A stretch of 62,275 bases of DNA, the filler included, from Platydemus manokwari (taxonomy: Eukaryota): assembly GCA_037951405.1 (NCBI GenBank). It is 5 parts of 5 records of this genome, joined end to end, with 100 filler letters (N's around TTAATTAATTAA, not from the genome) between each part and the next. Parts side by side here need not be neighbours in the genome. Positions count along the whole stretch, not along the records: positions 49,770 to 62,275 come from JBBMOY010108898.1; 4 more parts are not named here. One strand, 5' to 3'. Below are positions 52,751 to 62,275 of the stretch, piece after piece. The stretch's first letter is position 1. Each line of letters opens with the position of its first letter. The position numbers and the translations under genes are program-made. The notes beneath the pieces were generated by a model. That model did not search any database, was not told where the DNA came from, and was given only the letters and a program-made list of their open reading frames with translations.

Positions 52751-55700
52751 ATGAGCAGCAGTAAAGATATAAATAGTTTACTTAGGTAAATATAATTATT
52801 TGACTCGATAGTGATATTTTAATTTTATTAGGTTATTTACTGAACAGTATACCAAACAAAATTTTGAATCTATATCAAACACTTTTAATACTATTTTAGA
52901 TAAAAAAAGTTATTTTCAATTTGGAACAGCTATTGTTAGTTAGTTTATGATAAAATGAAATTTATTATTACTTAGGTTTTATTCCTTCGAAGCAGAGAAA
53001 TTTTAAATAACCAACAACAATATCTTATTGCATATTATTTATTATGGGAACTTGGTAGAAATGAAAATGATCCTAATCCGTTTTTAGAATTGATTTATAA
53101 TGCAGTAGTAAGCTCTTAGTGGTATAAATGCTTGAAATATATTTAGTAGACTTCAAATGAAGTTAAATTTGGAATGGGAGAGTGTCCAAGCTTGGATCCG
53201 ATTGGAAAAACATTTTTAGCCTCAATTTTAACTCAACCTCTGAATTTGAAAGATGTTAATTTAGATTATCTTTTTATAAACTTTTTGTATGTTTGTTTAT
53301 AGCTATTGAAGAAATCGCCTATTCAGGTTTATCAAGAAGGAGTGATACAAGTTATTATTTGTTTGATTGATCATTAATTGAAATTATTTTTTAGGAAGTA
53401 GATCTAGGAAGTATTGATAAGATGATTAATGATATAAAAAATGATTTGCCTTATATTTTGAAAAGCGGTGTTTCTTGTATTATTCCGTTTCAAGACACAA
53501 CTCTGATAAAGTTATTAATTATTTTCATAAAATAATTGACTTTGGTGTTTGTTTGTTTTTAAATAACAAACTTATTGATCCTTAGAACTTATTTAAAATT
53601 TGTGATTTAGGAATAATTCATTTAAAGATTATGTTAAAAATCCAGAGGAAAATAAGAATATAATTGAAAGTCTACTTCTTGGAGACAACCCACCTGTTCG
53701 TAGATCGTTGCGACCGGAATTTATACGTTTACAACCACCTTTACACTGTACCGGAACAATGGATGAATTGATTTGGATCAATCCTCCTCATGTTGAACAT
53801 CAGTTCGTATGGGATGTTGCTGTTGGTCAAGATAATAATGAAGATTATGTAATTGTTGTTTGTATTTGAATTTTATTTGTTTAACAATATTGGATATAGT
53901 AGAAGATTAATTTATAAATTTTAGATAATCGAACTGATGAAATCTGCTAAAAATACGACCCTGATGCAGACTCAAATCATTCAATTGCAAGGCAAATTAA
54001 AGGAAAACCCGGATATTTTGAAGAAAATCGATTTCAGACCGTCAGAAGTGAAATAATTTATTAAAAATTTTTGAAATTAATTTCAAAATCCTTTAGTTAC
54101 CTGGTCTTGTTGAAAAGAATCCCAGTATTGCTATTGATACTCTGTTGATTTTATTTGATACCAAGGAAGTTGCCGGGTAAGGAATGTTTGTGTCATGATT
54201 TAAAGGTTCAATATTCATTTCTGTATTCATTTTATAAACATTTCAGTGCTATTAATTCTCATTTATGTTTATTATTGATACAAGTATGTGTGCGTGTGCG
54301 TGCGTGTGTGTTTTACTAATATACCCAAACATCAGTTATAATGCATATTAGATCATATATAGTGATTTATTTTAATCTTATAAGTGATCATTTGTGAGGA
54401 TGATTTATAATAAATATTCCCAAAATGGTGTATCTTATTGCACAATTTCTGTCGAGTATATATAAGTTTCATATCTCCTATAAACTGCAATTCAAACACA
54501 CACACACATACATACATATATATGTATAGAGAAGAAGAGTTTATAAGAACAATAATGTTTCAATACACTGTATTATTATTCATTTAATTCTTTATGAATA
54601 TCTCACATGCTGTTTGATTTTAAAATGAATAATGCTATGATATCATGTAATTGTATATAGTAACCTTGACAACGGTCATTGAAGGAATTATCAGAATTAT
54701 CATTGTTATTATTAATGTTATTATCATTATTATTATTAATATTATCATTGCTATTATTAATATCATTATTAATATTAATATTATCAATATTATTATTATT
54801 ATCATTATGATTAATGTTATTATTATTATTATCATTATTGTTAATATTAGGTATTTTTCGGAATTGATTAAAATGGATATTTCCCTTCATTCATTAGAAG
54901 TTGTAAACCAATTGACAGCTTCCGTGGAGTTGCCGACTCAATTCATTCATCATTATATTGAAAGATGTATTCAATCATGCCAAAATTCAACCGATAAATA
55001 TATGCATAGATTGGTTAGATTAGTGTGTGTGTTCTTTCAATCTTTGATTAGAAACAAGATTATCGATGTCAAGGTAATTTTTATATCGATTGATTTAAGT
55101 GAATATTTGATATTGTTAATATTATTTATATATATTATATCATCATTATTATCATCAGTTTGTTACAAAATGCTCACTCAATGTACTCATTTAAATATGT
55201 ATTGATTGTTATTTAATTGAAAACGGATTTTTTATTTGTTTCATTTAATATCTCATTTATATGCCAAATCAATCATGGAATGAGCATCTCATCTTTTCTT
55301 TTAATTATGGTAAAGATTTCTCTTTTGAACGATAATCTGGTAAAATATCATTTGAAATCAAATCTAGTTGATATGATCAATAATCTATCACTTCCTAATG
55401 GATAATATCATTAATATTTTGTTAAATAATTTTTGTTCTCAATTAAATCGGATTTGATTGGAATACCACATATATTCATATATATTTTTTATCAAATATA
55501 ACTGATATCAATTATATTGTTCATTCCATATTATTTATTTATTGTTGATTTTATATTTGATTCCACATAGACTTAATGGTTATAACTGCATCCAAAATAT
55601 TACACTAAAATGGAGAATTTTCTTCAGTTATTATCAAACGTTTTGTTGAGTGAATCTGTCGATGGTGTAGCTTCAAATTCTTGATAACTCTTTCATCCAT

Positions 55701-56924
55701 CGATAGGTTGATTGAGGCACATTTAAAAATCACAGATATAAAACATTAAATAAGCTCAAATTATGTAATTTTTGAAAGTGTTTTTATTAAAAAATTGATG
55801 GTTACAATTGAATAACATTATTGATAGTGAATGTATGTAATATGTACCCAATATATACCCATGTACATACCAGTAATAATATCTAAAAGATAATCAAAAT
55901 TCGACTTATCTATAAGACTTAATTTACAAATTTTAATGAAATTTTAAAAACCCTGAATTTTAAAAGCACTCCAGCATATGTCTAAATTCGAGATTTCCAG
56001 ATTCGACTAAAGTGGGATCGATGGAATATTATTTGCAAAATAACGATTATTAATGAATAACTTTCAATATACATATGTCAGTGAGATAAAAGGAAATGTC
56101 AAAACATGTTATACAACATGATTATTACAATTGCTGATTCCAATAAATTTTTTATTCGATCGAGATACAATTATTTATCCATCTTTATAAATATACATCT
56201 TATTTCAAAAATATCTTTTCCTACCAATGAAACCATAAATGTTAAAGTAAAAAGTTTAATAAATAATCAAGGTGTTATTAATCGAGTATACATGTGTACC
56301 TTTTCCTAAAGTCCATGTCTGTACATATTTGAATTACATCATCTATATCTTTATAAAATTCTATTTTCACCTAAAAAGCTTTTGATAATTAACAGGTTCA
56401 TTTTGGGATTTATTCCTTAAAATTCCAATGTGACATCAAATAAAATAATAAAATATTCAATATTTGGTGCTTCATTCTGTCTGATATGGATATAAAAATA
56501 TATTTGTCTGCATTTAACCAGTACTTGCATAAATCAATATTTCAAATCTCAAATGAAAATTTTATGAATTCATAATTTTAATATTTTTGTTTACGTTTTC
56601 ATTTGGATTTGCATACAAGCCAGCAATATAATATCATTCTCAACAAATTGTCAAGCAAAACGTATTTTCCCCACTGGCTGTTTTTATTTATTCTGGGGTG
56701 GGGAGTAATATCCAATAATATCCAATTGCAATTATTATTTTAGTTTCAAATCGCTTTATTTTTGAGTTTGATCATATATCTGTGTATTTGTTTATCGATT
56801 TTTATCCATTTAGGAAACACAAAACATAATTTTACAATTTTGCTTGAATTTCAACAGCATTAAGGAAGCCAATGCTTTGTATAAATTGATTAAATCAGCA
56901 AATGGAGGATCTGATGGGGATTAG
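52751..56924 (+). CDS. CNOT11: CCR4-NOT transcription complex subunit 11, 11 exons, about 437 aa
   Basis: Exons 52751-52785, 52832-52934, 52976-53107, 53150-53254, 53303-53350, 53395-53510, 53611-53848, 53925-54047, 54097-54176, 54851-55073, 56814-56924; all GT-AG and in frame (1314 nt). Motifs [80 protein letters not shown]. Confidence 0.95.
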
Positions 56925-57029
56925 TACTACATCCATTTATGTAGACTATTATTATAAATTTTATTGATTTTGAAAATATTGTTTGTTTGTGTTATAAAAT
57001 TTTGAAATTTTTTATTGTATTCTCAATTA

Positions 57030-57515
57030 TTGAACAATTTTATGGAAATTTTATGTTTGTTTATATTGGATATTGTTGTGTTATGATAACAGGTTTATAT
57101 CGACTATCTCTACCAGGCGAATCAAATATTTCTATTGAGATAATTGTATGTATTATCGAATAATTTAAAAGGAAAATTTTTGTTTGCTTATATTGGATAT
57201 TGTTGTGTGATGATAACAGACTATGATGATAACATCAATCCTCTTTACCAGGCAGATCAAATATTTCTATTTATAAATTATTTATTGTATTATCGAGAAA
57301 ATTTATGGAAATATTTTGTTTGTTTATATTGGATATTATAGTATTATGATAACACATTTATATCGACCCCTTTCCCTGGTAAATCAAATATTTCTATTGA
57401 TAAATTATTTATTATATTACCGAAAAAAATTATAGAAAAATATTTTTTAGTTAATATTGGGTATTATAGTGTTTATATCGACCACCTACCGGGCAAATCA
57501 AATATTTCTGTTGAT
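57030..57515 (+). repeat. Degenerate tandem repeat, about 4 units of 114-135 bp, just downstream of the CNOT11 stop
   Basis: Anchor ATCAAATATTTCT at 57121, 57256, 57383 and 57497, each preceded by TATTGGrTATT..GT and a CC(A/T/G)GG core. Confidence 0.85.
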
Positions 57516-57920
57516 ATTATTATTATTGTCTAGATTCTATTAATAGCACACATATCCTTATTCTTAAAGACTAATTTTAGTTATTTGGTTGTAAATTTTA
57601 TCTGGTTTAGAAATAGGATATTAATTTGTTAAATATGAGTACTAATGTTATTTTTAATTATTAATTTAATATAAATTTCCTAAATCTAAAAATATAATGT
57701 TATCTAAAATTGACAGAATAAAAATCTAAGTTTATTTAAATGCCACCCAAATCTAAAAGTAATATTTATACAAAATTAATTAACAATTTAATTATAATGA
57801 ATTAATTGAGACAAGATAATTGATATACAGAGAAATGATGAGAAATTGATTCAAACTTATTATTATGTATATCAACAAAATAATTATAATAAATTTGTGT
57901 TATATTGGGATTTTTATTAC

Positions 57921-58052
57921 CTTTCTCTGGCTGTAATAGACTTCAGTCACTTGTAGGTTGTCGGAATAGTAACCTACAAGCATCTTAGTTGTTCTAAAAA
58001 ATGTCTGAAATAAATTTTCAATTCTTGTTGCAGCAATGTTGGTGTGACTTCG
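57921..58052 (-). CDS. Candidate orphan exon of an unidentified minus-strand gene
   Basis: ttttgtttag acceptor and AAG|gtaata donor; 132 nt open in phase 0: RSHTNIAATRIENLFQTFFRTTKMLVGYYSDNLQVTEVYYSQRK. No family recognised. Confidence 0.4.
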
Positions 58053-59567
58053 CTAAACAAAAAGAAACGATGAATTAGAATTGATGAATATATCTAACTA
58101 TGTAATGGTATGAAATCAAAATACAATGATTGAGTAATAATATTTATTTGAGAAAAATGTAAGGTTGAACAATTGGAACAGCAACAAAAAGTTTCGTTAA
58201 AATATTTGGCCCAATTGGAAACAGATAACCACGAAAAATATACATAAGGGATATTGTAATCACCCAAATGGAAAAGGTAACGATTAATCTTTAGAGATTA
58301 CATTAAATTTAGTTGAATGTTATTTAAATGAATAGTGTGATTGTAAAAATTAGATTTACTCTAAAATACTAACGAAAAAATACTCTACTTCCTTGCAAAT
58401 CCTGTTCAAAATATATGAATATCGGAATAAAGAATTTCGAAAAATTGAATTTCTGTCAAATCTGATTTCACTTTTTATTAATTAATATCTAAAAAATAAT
58501 TTCGATTTCGAAAGAATATTCTTCCTTTTGTTACTAATATTGAGTGTCAGAATTATAATTATCGATCACAATATTATACAAATAAATAAATCGTCAAACA
58601 ATTAAAGTCAGTAATCGCACTCACAGTAATCAAATCAATAATCAATATGCAGGAGGCCAGCACATGAAAGCTGGCACCCACAAAGATAATAGCTATGGAG
58701 ACTAGTTGCTAGAAAATCACATAAAAGTCACAGCAGGTTATGGTTAACGATCAGGAAAGATCCAAATACTTTTATATGCTTATCATGAGTGTTAACTTGA
58801 TGTCCCAAAATTTTATTTTCCATTCTCATAATTAAAAAACCTGTCATCGCAACATTACTTTCCAACAATAGGGTTTATATTTTATTAGCGGTTGATTTAA
58901 TGGCCATGCCAAATTAAAATCGGGGTATTTTATTATTTCTATTTATCAGATGTTTTTTTGAATAAAAATATTCTAATTTCTGGGGTTAAATTAAAATTTC
59001 TATTATCGGTTGATTTATCTTTAAATACAGGTTTATTTTAATTGCTTTCTTTTGTTTATCTCTTTTGTAACTTTTTAAAATTATTATAATAATTATTGCT
59101 ATATTATTTTATCTTTTTATAGTAAATAACCATAAGAAATGTTCTGAAATTATGTAAAAACTAGTACTTCTATACATTTATACTTCAATAAGTTAGATAC
59201 ATAATATAAGACGAAGGATAAAAATTATATACTCCCACAAAAGATTGTTAATTGATTATTTTGGCCGAAACCTCAACATTTCTACACCCTAATTTTTGTT
59301 TGTTATGTTATTACATTGGGTTCTCATGATGTCTCAGATAGTTGCTATTGATATATAAGCTGTTTATAATATAGAGATACAGAGTTAAAAAAGTGAAACA
59401 ATAATATTTAAATGATTAAAACAAATAATTTAAAATAGAGAATCTATTTAAAATGGAAAGTCTAGTGCGTACGCACTTTGGCACTCTAAAACATGAAAAC
59501 ATAATGTAAAATAAAAATATTACCAACATACTTACTAGATAGTGAATTTAAACAAAATTTTGTGTAA

Positions 59568-59970
59568 TTATTATTTTTAATTAGTTATCAGATTGAGCTA
59601 CGATCATCCATTATACTCATAGCTCAATCTGTAATCCATTTTGAATTGATTTTTTCTCCAAACGTGATGTCAGCTCTTTAAAATCCCGTCAGGGTTTTGC
59701 GTGGATTTTTAGCCACAATAAAGTAATCCTGGAATTTGGATTACTTGATGAATTGGTCTCTGAAATTAGTATATAAATGGATAGCTATTTTCTAGATTTC
59801 TGTTAGTCATATCTGTCTCTAATCCGAGGGACTGATGAGGCTTATGGAAAGCCAAAATAGAACACTATCCATATCATAAAACCATCATCATCAATGCAGA
59901 AATCGTTCCTGAAAACTCCTACAGAGTGCCGAAATAGAACTAATTTTCAGTAAAAGGTGGTTTATTTATT
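59568..59970 (+). mobile_element. Dispersed hammerhead-bearing repeat, copy B (diverged, internal deletions)
   Basis: Homologous to 24266-24756. Hairpin CAGATTGAGCTA (59589-59600)/TAGCTCAATCTG (59620-59631), one hammerhead fold, and only the GCCGAAATAG tail (~59928-59937) of the second. Confidence 0.85.
59807..59862 (+). ncRNA. Type III hammerhead ribozyme fold 3 (GAAA mutated to AAAA, probably inactive)
   Basis: TAT-C cleavage site (59813), stem I TGTCTC-taatcc-GAGGGA (1 mismatch), core CTGATGA (59832-59838), stem II GGCTT-atgga-AAGCC, then AAAATAG instead of GAAATAG. Confidence 0.8.
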
Positions 59971-62275
59971 TGCTTATTTTTTATATTTTGACGACTTAAC
60001 ACTATAGTAATACTCTTTATTTAATATTTTATTTAAAATGAATATTTATTATAAATTATGGTACATTTCAAATAGAATAATTACGTTTTAAATAAATTGT
60101 ATTTTTTGTGCAATAATTTAAATATTATTTCAAATATAGAATAAATTATGTTTGTCTTATTTCAAAACAAAAAAATTAGTGCTTAATTTGTACATTTATT
60201 TGTTTCAATAACTCGTTTATTACTTGTTGACATCAATTTGTGAATTCTGTGCAATTAAAATCTATTGTTGAAATGTGTGACATGAACATAATTTTATATC
60301 TAATTAATCTGAATTTTCACTTTGTTGAATTGACATGTAAAAAATATAAAAATATAATTTTATATATAATTATTATGTTTATCTAAAATTCAATTTTATA
60401 ATTTATAATATGGGCAGACTCGGGTTTGATATAAATACCCATTCAATAAATTTGAAATTGTGATTGATTGGTACTGAAGCATGTCCTTTTGCAACATGAC
60501 ATTTCTTGAAGAATAAGACGTATATTTCGATAGATCACTTACGATGTTATTGCTTGTAGTTAACTAGACGATTAACTTATTTATTGTAAGAGCTTAGAAG
60601 TTAATTTTCTGAATATCAAACACGAGTTTGATAAAAAAAATGTTTATTGATTAAATTTACAGTGTTTTTCATCGACTTCACAATAAATCTAATTTCACGA
60701 TTTCTCTGAGTTCAGCAGATTCTAATAGCTTTTACAGAAAATAAACAATGTTCATTGTGGTATTTATGGTCAAGAAATCTTGTGTATTACGCGTGTTCAA
60801 TTCTGTTAGACATTTTGATTTCTAAGGTTTTGATTTAAATTATCGATTTATGTCAACCATGATTGTGTATGTGTCATCGTGTAAAATGTATTTTATTGTT
60901 TGGTGATTTTTACGGGTCAGCAATTATGTATGTACGACTGTGTAAATATAGGTGTAAGTAAAGTATCGAAACTGGTCACAAATATCGTTATTTTTATGGG
61001 ATTGTTCTATAATTCACAATGTCATAACTACCTCTCATCAATTTCGATAATCTTAATTAATGTACTTAAATTTCATTGATATTATTGCTCCTCAATAACC
61101 GTTACAACATTAACTGTTTTTGGTAATAATTCTGTCGAAGTTTTGAGTTTTATCAGATTAATATCAATAAATATTTTATCAATGACTGTTTTCTTTTCAT
61201 TTTATTATTGGAACTAGTTTCAGTACTGTTAGCCGCTACTACTATTTTAAAATCCACACACTAAAATCAAACAAAAAATCAAGACACAATCAAATCTATT
61301 TTAAATCCAAATATTTAAACAAATATTTTTAATTTTACATTAATTTAATTTTTTATAAAATTAAATTAAATCTGAATAAAATTTGAATAAATGTCAATTA
61401 AAATTGTTTCGAATTAAATTGAAATTTAATTCATCTCAAATATATCACAAGTAATATATAATTTGTTAAATATAAAATGCCTCTTTCACCTGGGACTGTA
61501 TTTTGCTGATTTTAAATATAATTATGAATTTTACTATAATATGATGTTCTTCGATTCTTGTTCATGGTGTTCTGCTTGACGCGCCTATATACATTGAATA
61601 TAATTTTATTATATTATTTTAGAGTCAAATACTGCTTCCATATAAATTATTTAATTGACCCATTTCTTTTCTTTATTCCTGGCATATTTTACAGAGAAAG
61701 GGCTGTTTTAAATAATATTCTAAAACTGATTCCAATATTACCTCTAGAAATTTAGTTGACATAACCATTCCAACAGATTGAATTGATGGTCATGCCCACA
61801 AGTTTTTTGTTTATTGTCTTTAATTTTTTGGTTAAGAATTTTGTAAAAATTGTGATTAGGTAATTTTGACAGAGAACTTTCTTTTAATTTCGTTCTTGAG
61901 TATTTTTTCAAGTATACATCAAAAGATAATCTGATTAATGGGTGATAATAGATCATATTTATTTGTTTCTAGTTTTTGATTTATGTTTGTGTTTTTTGAT
62001 CACAAAATCTTGCATTGGATGTGTAAGCTCTTTATGCTCAGTGACCTACTGATTTTTCCATCAACTTTTAGTTCAAATTTTAATCCAAGTACATTGTCAT
62101 TGAAGCTGTTAAGTATGTTCAAAAGTTCAGTCAGTAAAATATATTATGTATATAACTAAGCCGTATGATTATTTAATTTTCAAAGCTGTCCATTATTGAA
62201 AAGTTCGTGCGGAGTTTGTGAGTAAAAGTCAAATGGTGATTAGATAAACAAAAATCTTTATTCAATCAATGATAT

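Noticed and set aside
54603-54890. Poly-Asn / poly-Ile ORFs
   Set aside because: Translations of an (ATT)-rich low-complexity tract in CNOT11 intron 9; only 54851-55073 is real exon.
57945-57985. let-7-like GTAGGTTGT in a hairpin
   Set aside because: Lacks the let-7 seed TGAGGTAG and the stem is too short for a pre-miRNA.
61700-62130. Alternative genetic code suggested by TAA/TAG-interrupted frames
   Set aside because: Tubulin and CNOT11 translate without internal stops under the standard code and end in TAG.

Overview
Very AT-rich eukaryotic (metazoan) draft-assembly window; base composition and 41-60 nt introns would fit a flatworm such as a planarian, but that is inference only. It is built from several contigs joined by artificial N-TTAATTAATTAA-N linkers. 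Host genes I can support: two exons of a pentameric ligand-gated ion channel of the Cys-less type (+), a complete three-exon divergent alpha-tubulin (-), the first coding exon of a FAM81-family coiled-coil gene (+), and a complete 11-exon CNOT11 (+). The rest is intron/intergenic DNA with decayed Ty3/gypsy elements, pogo/Tc2, hAT and mariner remnants, MITE-like inverted repeats and satellites. The most notable signal is a dispersed ~400-480 bp non-coding repeat (copies at ~24.27-24.76 kb and ~59.57-59.97 kb). It starts with a 12-13 bp perfect hairpin and carries tandem type III hammerhead ribozyme folds with covarying stems, whose cleavage sites are 125 nt apart in copy A. This looks like a retrozyme-like element, with a hammerhead topology more typical of plant retrozymes and viroid-like RNAs than of animal repeats.
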